DNA of 62,332 bases, counting the filler. It is 9 parts of 9 records of this genome, joined end to end, with 100 filler letters (N's around TTAATTAATTAA, not from the genome) between each part and the next. Parts side by side here need not be neighbours in the genome. Positions count along the whole stretch, not along the records: positions 5,202 to 13,024 come from SRR31156797_102714; positions 13,125 to 20,733 come from SRR31156797_103573; 7 more parts are not named here. One strand, given 5' to 3'. A program made the translations under genes and the position numbers. The notes beneath the pieces were generated by a model. The model made no database searches. It was not told the DNA's origin and worked only from the letters and a program-made list of their open reading frames with translations. Positions 8,406 to 18,857 of this stretch are shown piece by piece. Within the stretch, counting starts at the first letter, position 1. Each line of letters opens with the position of its first letter.

Positions 8406-9221
8406 ATGTTGAATTCAGATACCAGGCTCTACGCACTTTTCGGCGATCCCGTCTCCCACTCCCTGGGGCCGGTGATGCACAATGCCGCATTCGGGGAGAG
8501 GAAGATCAATGCCGTGTACCTGGCGTTCCGGGTGGCGGGGATCGAACAGGCCGTTGACGCCATGCGAAACCTGAAAATCGCCGGCGCCTCCGTCACCATT
8601 CCCCATAAGGAAACGGTGATTCCCTTCCTTGACGAAGTGGATGAACTGGCCCGTGAAATGGGGGCAGTGAACACCATTGTAAACCGTGAAGGGAAACTTG
8701 TCGGATACAACACCGACGCCAGGGGGGCCGTGGATCCACTTGAAAGGGTATGCAACCTTGCCGGAAAGCGGGTGGTGATCATCGGCGCCGGGGGGGCGGC
8801 CAGGGCCGTTGCCTTTGGTGTGAAACAAAAGGGGGCGGCGCTTTTCCTGGTCAACCGGTCTGAAGAGCGGGGCAGGGAGCTTGCCCGGGAGATGGGGGCG
8901 ACCTTTATATATAAGGACGAACTTGAAGGGGTTGATCCCGAAATCATCATCAATGCAACATCCGTTGGCATGGCACCCGGGATCGATGATATTCCCCTGG
9001 ACCCTGGATTTCTCACCAACTCCATGATAGTGATGGATATCGTCTACACCCCGGTGAAAACCAGATTAATTCGGGCTGCAACGGAAAAAGGGTGTGTTGT
9101 CATTGATGGACTGTCCATGTTCGTCAACCAGGGGGCGGCACAGTTTGAGCTGTTCACTGGTACAGAGGCGCCAACGGATACCATGAAAAAATCGTTAATA
9201 AAGGTAATTGAAAATAGATGA
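8406..9221 (+). CDS. aroE: Shikimate dehydrogenase
   Basis: HSLGPVMHN, VTIPHK, GAVNT, YNTD, GAGGAARA, NATSVGM. Confidence 0.93.
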   Translation: MLNSDTRLYALFGDPVSHSLGPVMHNAAFGERKINAVYLAFRVAGIEQAVDAMRNLKIAGASVTIPHKETVIPFLDEVDELAREMGAVNTIVNREGKLVGYNTDARGAVDPLERVCNLAGKRVVIIGAGGAARAVAFGVKQKGAALFLVNRSEERGRELAREMGATFIYKDELEGVDPEIIINATSVGMAPGIDDIPLDPGFLTNSMIVMDIVYTPVKTRLIRAATEKGCVVIDGLSMFVNQGAAQFELFTGTEAPTDTMKKSLIKVIENR

Positions 9222-10477
9222 AACAGATAAAGACACGAAATATTCAACCCTGCTCCGTCACGGTCCCGGGATCGAAAAGCGTTTCCCACAGGATGGTGAT
9301 CTGTGCGGCCCTGGCCAACGGTCAATCCGTTGTGGACAATCTCTTGAAGAGTGAAGATATTGAACTGACCATGGCGGCCCTGGGCCACATGGGGGCTTCC
9401 ATCACTCCAAACGGTGAAAATTCGGTTACCATCACCGGGTTTGACGGCAGGCCCGGTCCCTTTTCAGATCCCATCTACCTTGGGAATTCAGGCACGTCCA
9501 TGCGGCTTCTTGCCGGCATTGCGGCCCTGGGGGAGTCCCCCTATATTCTCACCGGGGACGAGCGAATGACCCAGCGGCCCATGGATGCGCTTCTTGCCTG
9601 CCTCAGAATGGCGGATATCCATGCCGAGTCCGTCAATGGCAACGGCTGCCCCCCGGTTTCCATCAGGGGCGGAAGCAGGCGAGGAGGCCTTGTGACCCTG
9701 GACTGCTCCACCAGCAGCCAGTACCTTTCAGCCATGCTGATGATGGGGGCGGTCCTGAAGAACGGACTGCATATCACCCTGTCCGGTCCCCCGGTGTCGG
9801 CGCCTTATATCGATCTCACCCTGGACATCATGAAGCGCTTCCAGGTGACGGCCCATCGGCTGACCGAGACCCAGTTCCGGGTACCGGGGGGCCAGGCATA
9901 TGTTCCCGGGCATTTTGTCGTGGAACCGGATCTCTCCAATGCCAGCTACTTCTGGGCTGCCGGCGCTGTTTCGGGAAGCCCGGTAAAGGTGACGGGTATC
10001 AGCAGGAACTCCCTCCAGGGGGATCTCGAGTTCGTGGATATCCTCGGGCGCATGGGATGTGAGGTAACTGAGGATGAAGGGGGCATCGCTGTCTCCGGCG
10101 GAGCGCTGACGGCCATCGATGTGGATATGGGACGCTGTCCGGACGTGGTTCCGACCCTGGCCGTGGTGGCGGCCTTTGCAAGGGGCACCACCCGGGTCAC
10201 CAACATCGCCCATTTAAGGGAAAAGGAGTGCGACCGCATCGAGGCGGTGGTCTCCCAGCTCCGGAAGATGGGGATCGAGGCCGACCAGGGGGATGACTGG
10301 CTCACGGTTACGGGCGGTGTGCCTCACGGCGCGTCCATCGAGACATTTAACGACCACAGGATCGCCATGGCCTTTGGCGTGGCCGGCCTGAAGGTAGAGA
10401 ATGTCCTGATTGAAAATGAATCCTGTGTTGGAAAATCCTTTCCAACCTTTTGGGAGGTCTTTGAAACCCTGATATGA
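9218..10477 (+). CDS. aroA: 3-phosphoshikimate 1-carboxyvinyltransferase (EPSP synthase)
   Basis: PGSKSVSHR, GNSGTSMR, SSQYLSA, LREKECDRI, DHRIAMAF, KSFPTF. Confidence 0.95.
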   Translation: MKQIKTRNIQPCSVTVPGSKSVSHRMVICAALANGQSVVDNLLKSEDIELTMAALGHMGASITPNGENSVTITGFDGRPGPFSDPIYLGNSGTSMRLLAGIAALGESPYILTGDERMTQRPMDALLACLRMADIHAESVNGNGCPPVSIRGGSRRGGLVTLDCSTSSQYLSAMLMMGAVLKNGLHITLSGPPVSAPYIDLTLDIMKRFQVTAHRLTETQFRVPGGQAYVPGHFVVEPDLSNASYFWAAGAVSGSPVKVTGISRNSLQGDLEFVDILGRMGCEVTEDEGGIAVSGGALTAIDVDMGRCPDVVPTLAVVAAFARGTTRVTNIAHLREKECDRIEAVVSQLRKMGIEADQGDDWLTVTGGVPHGASIETFNDHRIAMAFGVAGLKVENVLIENESCVGKSFPTFWEVFETLI

Positions 10478-10983
10478 ACGTGATCTTAATAGGATACCGC
10501 TGCACGGGCAAGAGCGAGACCGGCAGAATCCTGGCCGATTCCCTTTCCCTGCCCTTTGTGGATACGGATGATCTCATTGAAAAAACCATGAAGGGGTCCG
10601 TTGCCGATATCGTGGAAAGCAAGGGATGGGAGAGTTTCAGAAAAATTGAGAGCCAGATTTTGAAAGGGCTGTTGAAAACCGACGGCCTGGTGATTGCCAC
10701 GGGCGGCGGCATCGTTCTTGACGAGAAAAACATCGAGGCCATGAAGGCGGGAGGAAACGTGGTGTGGCTCACAGCAGAAATCGACACCATATTGGACAGG
10801 ATGGCAAAGGACCCGAACACCGCCGGGTTAAGGCCCGCCCTGACCAACCATGGCCTTGAGGATGAAGTGAAGGAAACCATGGCCATGCGAAAGCCCCTCT
10901 ATGAAAAGGCTGCCCATATGACGATCGATACCTCAAACCAGGATGCAGCCGAAGTGGCGGCCATTATAAAAAGGAAACTATGA
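10474..10983 (+). CDS. aroK: Shikimate kinase
   Basis: GYRCTGKS, DTD, FRKIE, ATGGG, RP, R.PLY. Confidence 0.9.
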   Translation: MNVILIGYRCTGKSETGRILADSLSLPFVDTDDLIEKTMKGSVADIVESKGWESFRKIESQILKGLLKTDGLVIATGGGIVLDEKNIEAMKAGGNVVWLTAEIDTILDRMAKDPNTAGLRPALTNHGLEDEVKETMAMRKPLYEKAAHMTIDTSNQDAAEVAAIIKRKL

Positions 10984-10986
10984 ACT

Positions 10987-12045
10987 ATGGCAGGTAGCAG
11001 TTTTGGAACGTGTTTCAGGATAACCACCTGGGGAGAGTCCCATGGCAAGGCGATCGGTGTGGTGGTTGACGGGTGTCCTCCCGGAATTCCCCTGGATGAG
11101 GCCATGCTTCAGGCGGCCCTGGACAAACGAAAACCCGGGCAGACCGCCGCAAGCACGGCAAGAAAGGAACCGGATGTTCCGGTGATTCTCTCCGGGGTGT
11201 TTGAGGGCGTCACCACGGGTACGCCCATCATGATCGAGATACAAAACAAGGACGCCGATTCCAGGGCCTATTCGGACATTGCCAGGTTGTTCCGGCCGGG
11301 CCACGGGGATATCACCTATCTTGCCAAGTACGGTGTCCGTGACTGGCGGGGCGGCGGCAGGGCATCGGCCCGGGAGACGGCAGCACGGGTCGCGGCAGGC
11401 GCCGTTGCCCAGGCCGTACTGGATAGCTGCGGCATCGAGATCAGGACCTGCACCCTGGAACTCGGTGGAGTGAAGGCCCGGAAGATCGACTGGAACGAGA
11501 CGGAGAACAACCGGTTCCAGTGCCCTGACAGGGACGTTGTGGCAGAAATGGAAAACAGGGTCAAGGACGTGAAAAAGCAGGGGGATTCCGTGGGCGGCGT
11601 GGTTGAGATCCGGGCGGTCAACGTGCCAGCGGGTCTTGGGGAACCGGTGTTTGACAAACTGGATGCCCGCCTTGCAGGCGCCCTCATGGGAATCGGGGCC
11701 GTCAAGGCGGTGGAGATCGGAGCCGGGTGTGAAGCCGCCCGCATGACAGGATCGGAAAACAATGACCAGATCCTGGAAGACCGGTTTGAGACAAACAACA
11801 GCGGCGGCATTCTTGCCGGTATTTCCAACGGAGATGAGATCATCGCCAGGGTGCACGTAAAGCCCATCCCCTCCATTACAAAGGAACAGAAAACCGTTGA
11901 CGAAAATGGTAAGCAGACAACCCTGTCGACAAAGGGGCGTCACGATGTATCAGCCATTCCCAGAATTAACCCGGTATGCAAGGCCATGGTGGCCATTGTG
12001 CTTGCAGACCTTTTATTACGGCAGAAAGCGGTGTCATGCAGTTAA
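10987..12045 (+). CDS. aroC: Chorismate synthase
   Basis: WGESHG, RPGHGD, GGGRASARETAARVAAG, GGILAGISNG, GRHD. Confidence 0.95.
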   Translation: MAGSSFGTCFRITTWGESHGKAIGVVVDGCPPGIPLDEAMLQAALDKRKPGQTAASTARKEPDVPVILSGVFEGVTTGTPIMIEIQNKDADSRAYSDIARLFRPGHGDITYLAKYGVRDWRGGGRASARETAARVAAGAVAQAVLDSCGIEIRTCTLELGGVKARKIDWNETENNRFQCPDRDVVAEMENRVKDVKKQGDSVGGVVEIRAVNVPAGLGEPVFDKLDARLAGALMGIGAVKAVEIGAGCEAARMTGSENNDQILEDRFETNNSGGILAGISNGDEIIARVHVKPIPSITKEQKTVDENGKQTTLSTKGRHDVSAIPRINPVCKAMVAIVLADLLLRQKAVSCS

Positions 12046-12866
12046 AGACCATAGGAATTATCGGCGGAAAAGGAAGTATGGGGAGATGGTTCGAGGTGTT
12101 TTTTAAAGACCTTGGCCATGGGGTTATGATATCGGATCTGAACACCCCCCTGACAAACGAGGATCTGGCCCTGTCCTGCGATGTCGTGATATTGAGCACG
12201 TCAAAGGATCAGGCCGTGAAGATTGCGGCCGAGGTTGGCCCCCTCATGGGGGAAGAACAGATCTTCATGGATTTTTGCTCCCAGAAGGAGGAGATCGTTT
12301 CGGCCATGACGGAACACTCCAGGGCGGAAGTCGTTGGAACCCATCCAATGTTCGGACCGTTTACCAAAGGGATCGAGGGGCAGAACATCATCCTCTGCCC
12401 CGGCCGGGGGGCGAGGGGGTTTGCCTGGGCAAGCGAAGTTTTCGAATCTGCCGGCGCAACGGTTACGGAGCTTGACGCCCGGGACCACGATCGCCACATG
12501 GCTCTTGTCCAGGGGCTTACCCATCTTGTGACCATCACCATGGCAAGGACCCTTCAGAAGATGGATCTCCATCCCAAGGATGTATTTTCCATCTCAACGC
12601 CCATTTTTCGGCTTAATTCAGATATCATGGGCAGGCTGTTTGCCCAGGACCCGGATCTATACACCACCCTGGTGGGGGAAAACAAGTATGTGAAGGAGGT
12701 GCTGGATCTCTATTGCGAGTCCCTGGAGGAGGGAACCCAAGCCCTTCTCGAGGGGGACCATGGGCAGGGGGTCGATTTCCTTCGGGATATCGGCCGGTTC
12801 GTTGGCAGCTACAAGGAGACGGCCCTTGAACGAAGCAACCGGTTTCTCAATATTATTTTTGAATAA
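12036..12866 (+). CDS. tyrA: Prephenate dehydrogenase
   Basis: GIIGGKGSMG, DFCSQK, GTHPMFGP, HDRHMALVQGLTH. Confidence 0.88.
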   Translation: MQLKTIGIIGGKGSMGRWFEVFFKDLGHGVMISDLNTPLTNEDLALSCDVVILSTSKDQAVKIAAEVGPLMGEEQIFMDFCSQKEEIVSAMTEHSRAEVVGTHPMFGPFTKGIEGQNIILCPGRGARGFAWASEVFESAGATVTELDARDHDRHMALVQGLTHLVTITMARTLQKMDLHPKDVFSISTPIFRLNSDIMGRLFAQDPDLYTTLVGENKYVKEVLDLYCESLEEGTQALLEGDHGQGVDFLRDIGRFVGSYKETALERSNRFLNIIFE

Positions 12867-12919
12867 GGTTATGATTTCAGTTAGGTATGGATTCGTGTTG
12901 TTTATATGAGAAAAAAGGC

Positions 12920-13018
12920 TTGACAAAAGAAAATGATTCAGGTAGGTTGTTCTGGTCTTCGCGAAACACCTCTTGTTCTCGCGGACAATCTTTATTTTTG
13001 TTTTGATCTTTGAAAACT
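12920..13018 (+). promoter_or_regulatory. Sigma70 promoter and boxA, probable rRNA operon leader
   Basis: TTGACA (12920)-17 nt-TAGGTT (12943); TGATCTTTGAAAACT (13004-13018); contig breaks 6 nt later. Confidence 0.65.
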
Positions 13019-13124
13019 GGTTAGNNNNNNNNNNNNNNNNNNNNNNNNNNNNNNNNNNNNNNNNNNNNTTAATTAATTAANNNNNNNNNNNNNNNNNNNN
13101 NNNNNNNNNNNNNNNNNNNNNNNN

Positions 13125-13588
13125 TGAAAACGGCCGGTTCGGGGAGCAACCTCAATATGAGAGTACCGGGAGGTAGGGTACCTGTTGTTGGGAACTTCAA
13201 TCTCGCAGGTTCCGATTCTCCTGTACTCCGTATCGGCCTCCTGCAGCTCGCCTTCACCGTCCTTGCTCAAAGGCCGGTCTACCCTTCCCTGTAATTCTGT
13301 AAACCCCCTGACCACCGCTTCGTATTTCTTACTCACCGCACCGGAGGTAAAAGCTTCTCCCAGAAGGGAAGCTGTCCGGGAATCAAAAGCACAGATAAGA
13401 ATACCGGATGTCGCCTTGTCCAGACGATGAACGGGAGAAGGGGGTGAGCTGAGATTTCGTTTCAAAACATCGACCACCGAATTCCGGTCGCTTGAGAGTT
13501 TCGATCTATGGGTCAGCAGGCCGGGGGGTTTATTGAGAAGGAGTATGAAATCATCCTGAAAAAGGATTTCCAAATCATCATTGTTCAC
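13125..13588 (-). CDS. truC: RluA/TruC family pseudouridine synthase, partial
   Basis: NKPPGLLTH, VHRLDKATSG, YPTSRYS, PRTGR. Confidence 0.75.
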
Positions 13589-13629
13589 CGGCAGATAGTA
13601 ATATGGAAGGATATAATTTGCAATGATTA

Positions 13630-14736
13630 TCAGGCATCCTGCAGTGTGGAAAAGGCGTATATCGTCGTCTGACGATACTCCTCTCCCGGCCGGATCACTG
13701 TGGTTGGAAAGCAGGATTGATTCACCGCGTCGGGATACCCCATGGGTTCAAGGCAGAAAGCGCCCCGCTTCTGATAGACTCGTCCGCCGCGGCCGACCAG
13801 TGAGCCGTCCAGATGCTCGGCAGTGTAAAAGAGCATCCCGGGGTTGGTGGTTTTCAGAGTCATGATCCGGCCCGACTCGGGCTCCCGTATGACGGCCGCT
13901 TTTCGTACCCCTCCATCATCACCGGGAGCAAGTTCCGGATCGATGATAAAGTAGGGAACGTAGCCTGTCACGGGGATCCGCTGAGGGGTGGGATTTTCTA
14001 TATCACGGCCGACAATCTTTGATGTCCGAAAATCATGACCGGTTCCGGCAACAGGCAGGCTGCGACCGGTCATCAGGTAGCCTTCTCCGTTCTCCAGAAC
14101 CCGGGAGGAGTAAACTGTCAGCTCATGCTCTGTAATCGCTCCGTTTCCGGCACCACGGAGATTGAAGTAGGAGTGATGTGTCAAAGAAACGGGGGTGGCT
14201 CTATCGGTCTGAGCCCGAAAATCCACCTTCAGTTCGTTAGTGTCGGTCAGGGTGTATGTAACCCGGACATCCAGACGGCCCGGATATCCTCCCTGACCAT
14301 CAGGGCTGATGTAGGAAAATTCCACAGCCTCTTCTCCGGAAGTATAATTTCCCCCTGCATCTTCCGGAAGGATACGCCCGGTCCAGACCTGTTTATGGAA
14401 TCCGGCGATATCCCCGCCGTGAAGGTGATTCTCACCTTCGTTTTTTTCCAGCTCGAATCCTTCACCATCCAGTTCGAAGAAGGCTCCGGCAATTCGTCCG
14501 GCACAGCGGCCGATGATCACATTAAACTGACTGGGGTCCTTCACATATCCATCGAGACTATCGTAACCGAGGGCGATATCATCGATCCGCCCCCGGAGGC
14601 CGGGAACCGCAAGGGAAGTAAGAATGGCACCGAACTCTGAGACCGCGGCACTCATACCATTCCGATTGGTAATCCGGAAAAGACCAATTTCCCGACCGCC
14701 TTTTAGACGTCCGTGTAGACTCCGTTCAACACTCAC
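13630..14736 (-). CDS. galM: Aldose 1-epimerase (galactose mutarotase family)
   Basis: IGRCAGRI, NHLHGG, GYPG, THHSYFNL, FCLE...PDAVN. Confidence 0.85.
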   Translation of the reverse strand: MSVERSLHGRLKGGREIGLFRITNRNGMSAAVSEFGAILTSLAVPGLRGRIDDIALGYDSLDGYVKDPSQFNVIIGRCAGRIAGAFFELDGEGFELEKNEGENHLHGGDIAGFHKQVWTGRILPEDAGGNYTSGEEAVEFSYISPDGQGGYPGRLDVRVTYTLTDTNELKVDFRAQTDRATPVSLTHHSYFNLRGAGNGAITEHELTVYSSRVLENGEGYLMTGRSLPVAGTGHDFRTSKIVGRDIENPTPQRIPVTGYVPYFIIDPELAPGDDGGVRKAAVIREPESGRIMTLKTTNPGMLFYTAEHLDGSLVGRGGRVYQKRGAFCLEPMGYPDAVNQSCFPTTVIRPGEEYRQTTIYAFSTLQDA

Positions 14737-14746
14737 ATCACGCCTC

Positions 14747-15721
14747 CTAAAGCGGTTCGATCAGAATGGAGAAGGACCATCTGTTTTCTCCGTAGGGAGG
14801 CAGCTCACAAAGACTCCCCTTTGCCGCCGACTCCTCAAAGGAATCACTCAGACAGTTGGACGGTCCCACTGCGATAAGAGTGTCGGGGTCCCCCTCCGGC
14901 CAGACGGCCCGGTCGATCCAGATTCCGCAGTGATCCAGTCCGGGGTCCGCATATTCACAGGTGTATTTCTGACCGGCCTCGGCGCTGAGTACCGCAACCC
15001 TCTTCTCTGCCAAGCCGGTAAGGTAGAGTTTCTCGCCTCCCCGGCCGGAACTCATTCCGCAGTCGGAAAAATCAACAGCCGCTCCTCCGGAGCCTTCAGC
15101 CAGGGGCCATTTGTGCCTGAGGCTGTTATCGTTTATATCCTCATTAAAGGAAAAATCAACGACAAACTCCGCTCCTTCAGGGACTTCAATCCGATCCCCC
15201 TTATGCAGGTTGAAATGGGGCTGCACCGACCATTGATAACGAAAAGGAAATCCACAGCGGTTTTTCAGTCTGTAGAAAAACGAGAGACGGCTTCCATCCC
15301 CCTCGTCGGTCAGAATCAGGGTCCGCTCAAAGAAATAGGGAAACCTGACTCCACCGCAGGCATTGCGAAGAGCAGTCCCCTCTTCACCAGTTGATTTCAC
15401 CGTTACGGTTTTTTGGGGCAGGGTCCATATCTCACCCTTCTCCGGCATGGGTACGCCTTTCCAGGGACCTTCGGGATAAACCCCGCCGGCAATATTGGGA
15501 AAGAGTTCATCGAAGCCCGCACCACTCTTTTCATAGGGAGCAGCGTAGCTACGGTTCCCGGCCCGGCCTTCCTTGAAGAACGCGCAATCATATCCGGTTC
15601 TCAAATTCCGGATAGAAACTATCTCTCCACCGGAATCCGGAAGGATAACAAGGGAGTGGTTTTTACCTTGAAGCTCAACGGCAGGTTGGCCGCCGAAGCT
15701 TGTTTTTCTGTACTCAGCCAT
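14747..15721 (-). CDS. Galactose mutarotase-like fold protein
   Basis: GGEIVS, GFDELFPN, KGEIW, WSVQPHF. Confidence 0.6.
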   Translation of the reverse strand: MAEYRKTSFGGQPAVELQGKNHSLVILPDSGGEIVSIRNLRTGYDCAFFKEGRAGNRSYAAPYEKSGAGFDELFPNIAGGVYPEGPWKGVPMPEKGEIWTLPQKTVTVKSTGEEGTALRNACGGVRFPYFFERTLILTDEGDGSRLSFFYRLKNRCGFPFRYQWSVQPHFNLHKGDRIEVPEGAEFVVDFSFNEDINDNSLRHKWPLAEGSGGAAVDFSDCGMSSGRGGEKLYLTGLAEKRVAVLSAEAGQKYTCEYADPGLDHCGIWIDRAVWPEGDPDTLIAVGPSNCLSDSFEESAAKGSLCELPPYGENRWSFSILIEPL

Positions 15722-15744
15722 AGAATAATCCTGAAGGCAAGCCC

Positions 15745-16938
15745 CTAAAGGGGCTCCCAGCAATTATTGTAAATATCGAAAACGGCGTCGGTATCAAGCT
15801 TAACCAGCTGTCCTACGGTCCCTCCATTCTCACCCGTCATCTCTTCGGCAATGGCCCGAATGTTTTCCGCCGATTCCTTCTCCGCACCGAGGGCTGCAAA
15901 GGTTTCAGGACATCCGACCTTTTTAAGCCATTCAATAAAAAGTTCAACGCCCCTCTCGGCGGCAGCCTTGTCATCAGCCTCATCGACCCCGAATATCATC
16001 CGGCCGAACCGGGCAAACTGGGGTACGGCATCAGGCAGGATTTTTTTCATCCATCGCGGTGTAATTACCCCGAGGGCGGCACCGTGGTGAATGTCATAGT
16101 GGGAAACAATCCCGGGATCAATTCCGTGGCAGACATTGTCCGGTCCGCCCCTGCCGATCTTCGTCAGTCCACCCCAGGTCATAATTGAAATCCAGGAAAG
16201 TTCTCCCCGGGCAAAAAGATCCGAAGGGGCTTTCGCCAGCCGCTCGATCGCCTCCAAGGCCGACAGGATCAGCCCCTCGGAAAAGCGTTTCTGAAAAATA
16301 ATATCTTCAAACCCATTGAAGTAGAATTCAAAAGTATGACTCAGGATATCCATCCCGCCCCAGATCGTCAGATTCATCGGAACAGAAACCATTACCTCCG
16401 GATCCACCAGGGTGATCTTTGCAAACATAACATCGGAGTAACACCAGCTCTTGTGATCCGCCTCCTGATCCTTGATAACCGCCGTATTGTTCAGTTCGGT
16501 ACCGGTGGCAGCCATGGTGGGGATGAGAACAAGATCCAGAGCCTTGTCCATCATCACCTTGTCATCTGTGGGCCAGAGATAGCGGTGGGGATCCATGTCC
16601 GTAAGGGCCGCTCCGGCAATGACCTTGGAACAGTCCAAAGTAGATCCGCCTCCCAGGGCGACAACGAGATCCGCACCATTTTTTTTGCAGATTTCCGCCC
16701 CCTCGATGACCGATGAAATACGGGGGTTGGAGTCGATGTCTCCCATCTGAAAAACCTCGACTCCCGCTTCCTCCAGCTGCTTTTTTATCGTGTCAAAAAG
16801 GCCATTGCCACGAAAAGGCCCCTTGGAGCAGACCAGGAGGGCCTTCCTGTATTTTCCTTTCAGTTCGGCCCCCAGCTCATGCCGTTTACCGTTGCCGAAA
16901 ATGATCTTAACCGGATTATTATATACAAAACTGTCCAT
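15745..16938 (-). CDS. Iron-containing alcohol dehydrogenase (butanol dehydrogenase-like)
   Basis: NPVKIIFG, GGGSTLD, PTMAATGTE, DILSH, HHGAAL. Confidence 0.88.
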   Translation of the reverse strand: MDSFVYNNPVKIIFGNGKRHELGAELKGKYRKALLVCSKGPFRGNGLFDTIKKQLEEAGVEVFQMGDIDSNPRISSVIEGAEICKKNGADLVVALGGGSTLDCSKVIAGAALTDMDPHRYLWPTDDKVMMDKALDLVLIPTMAATGTELNNTAVIKDQEADHKSWCYSDVMFAKITLVDPEVMVSVPMNLTIWGGMDILSHTFEFYFNGFEDIIFQKRFSEGLILSALEAIERLAKAPSDLFARGELSWISIMTWGGLTKIGRGGPDNVCHGIDPGIVSHYDIHHGAALGVITPRWMKKILPDAVPQFARFGRMIFGVDEADDKAAAERGVELFIEWLKKVGCPETFAALGAEKESAENIRAIAEEMTGENGGTVGQLVKLDTDAVFDIYNNCWEPL

Positions 16939-16947
16939 TATTCCCCC

Positions 16948-17781
16948 TTAAACCGCCGGAATCCCGGCGCCCCACTTCTCTTTCACAAAATCCACCGCCG
17001 TCTTAATCCCTGCGGCCCCGGTGAAGCTGGCCTCTTCTATGGTCAGCCATTCCGTATACTCCCTTCCTTTCAGATAGTCGAAAATACCGTCGAACTCAAC
17101 CAGACCAGTGCCGATGACCGAAGGAGTCAGACTGCCGCTGGTGGAAGTATCTGCGATATGAATGACCGAGACCCGATCGTAGACCTCTTTCAAAATGGGA
17201 AGGGGATCATCCCCATAGGCGACAGGATTCGCCGTATCAAACTGGATCCGAACAGGACTCCCTTTCAAACCTTCGGCAATTTCAAGAAAGATATCCGTAG
17301 GATAGTCGAAATCATAGTAATCCCAGACTCCCGGCTTTCCGTGATTTTCAAAAACGAATTGCAGCCCCAGTTCCGCTGCCCGATCTGCGTGACCGAGCAG
17401 ACCGTCCAGAGCCCGTTTTACTCCGTCGGTTCGATTCATTCCAGGATGGGCTTGACCGGAAGTAACCCGGACAACCTGAGTGCCCAGAGCTGACAGCAGT
17501 TCCAGGTCCCGCCGGAACTGCTGTACTTCTTTTTCACGAAGATCTGTGTCCGGCTGGGTAAAATCAGGATATGTGGAAGAACCTCCCACAACGATTCCCT
17601 CTGATTCAATTTCCCCGCGGATTTTCTCCAGTTCAGCGATGCTCTTTTCCCGGAGCATGACAATTGAAATATCGACAGCATCTAGTCCGAGGGTTACACC
17701 CTCCCGGGCCCAATCGACCATGGACATCCGTCCTTCAACAATCTCTTTAAAATAAGAGACCGGCAGTACACTCAGTTTCAT
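16948..17781 (-). CDS. Sugar phosphate isomerase/epimerase (AP endonuclease 2 TIM barrel)
   Basis: FENHGK, FDTAN, HIAD, IGTGLVEF, TIEE. Confidence 0.8.
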   Translation of the reverse strand: MKLSVLPVSYFKEIVEGRMSMVDWAREGVTLGLDAVDISIVMLREKSIAELEKIRGEIESEGIVVGGSSTYPDFTQPDTDLREKEVQQFRRDLELLSALGTQVVRVTSGQAHPGMNRTDGVKRALDGLLGHADRAAELGLQFVFENHGKPGVWDYYDFDYPTDIFLEIAEGLKGSPVRIQFDTANPVAYGDDPLPILKEVYDRVSVIHIADTSTSGSLTPSVIGTGLVEFDGIFDYLKGREYTEWLTIEEASFTGAAGIKTAVDFVKEKWGAGIPAV

Positions 17782-18857
17782 CCTTTATCTCCCGCATCAA
17801 ATCCTTGGTCCGGCGGAAGGAGAATCACTTTCATCAGCCCCTTCTCCGCCCCGTGAAGTCTGTCAAACCACACCTGCCCCTCGCAAAGAGGAGCGGTCTT
17901 TGAAATCAGACTTCCCACATCTATACTCCCCCGGTTGATCATATTCAGACAGGCGGGATACTCCCCGGCCGAAGCACAGCTTGAGTAAATTTGAATCTGT
18001 CTTGTCACCACCGACTGGAGAGGAAATTCCACCTTCGGTGAAACATTCCCCACCAGGGTTACAGACCCGCCCTTGCGCACATTGGCTATCGCATCGTTAA
18101 CCGTCGGCGAGACACCGACACACTCAAATGCCCTGTCTGCACCAAGACCGCCGGTAAGGGCCGCGACCTTCCCCGGAACATCATCGGACAATGGATTCAA
18201 ACTGAGATCGGCACCCAGTTCCTTCGCTTTTTCAAGCTTTGTCTCATCCAGGTCAACGGCAATGATCGTCCCGCAGCCCCGAAGGCGCAGGCTTTGAATC
18301 GTCAAAAGCCCGATAGTTCCGGCTCCGTAAACCATGACTGTATCGTCCAGTTTAAGAGAGGGGGTCATCTCCACCGCATGAAAGGCCACCGACAGTCCCT
18401 CGACCATGGCCGCCTTCTCGAAGGAGAGACCTTCAGGCAGCCGGTAGAGTATCCGTGCCGGGACGGCGATGAACTCGGCCATCGCCCCCTCCTGGTGATA
18501 ATCTCCGCAATCCACACCGGCAACCCGGCGGTTTTCGCAGAGGTTAACCATCCCCTTTCTGCAGTAGAAACACTCGCCGCAATAGATCGTTGAATCAAAG
18601 GTTACAGGCTCACCGATCTCCCATCCCTCGACAGATTCACCTACCGCGGCAATCACACCGGCAGCCTCGTGGCCGATTATCAGCGGAGGGCGCCTCCGGC
18701 CGGAGGAGCCATCGTATCCATGAACATCACTGCCGCAGATTCCGACGGCCTTGACCCGAACCAGAACCTCGTCTTTCCCGGCTTTTGGAATTGTCACATT
18801 CTTATAGGTAAACATTCCGACTTCCGTCAGTACAAGAGCCTTCATTGTTTCAGTCAT
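17778..18857 (-). CDS. Zinc-dependent polyol dehydrogenase (galactitol-1-phosphate/L-iditol dehydrogenase-like)
   Basis: GICGSD, GHEAAG, CGECFYC...C, GAGTIG. Confidence 0.85.
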   Translation of the reverse strand: MTETMKALVLTEVGMFTYKNVTIPKAGKDEVLVRVKAVGICGSDVHGYDGSSGRRRPPLIIGHEAAGVIAAVGESVEGWEIGEPVTFDSTIYCGECFYCRKGMVNLCENRRVAGVDCGDYHQEGAMAEFIAVPARILYRLPEGLSFEKAAMVEGLSVAFHAVEMTPSLKLDDTVMVYGAGTIGLLTIQSLRLRGCGTIIAVDLDETKLEKAKELGADLSLNPLSDDVPGKVAALTGGLGADRAFECVGVSPTVNDAIANVRKGGSVTLVGNVSPKVEFPLQSVVTRQIQIYSSCASAGEYPACLNMINRGSIDVGSLISKTAPLCEGQVWFDRLHGAEKGLMKVILLPPDQGFDAGDKG

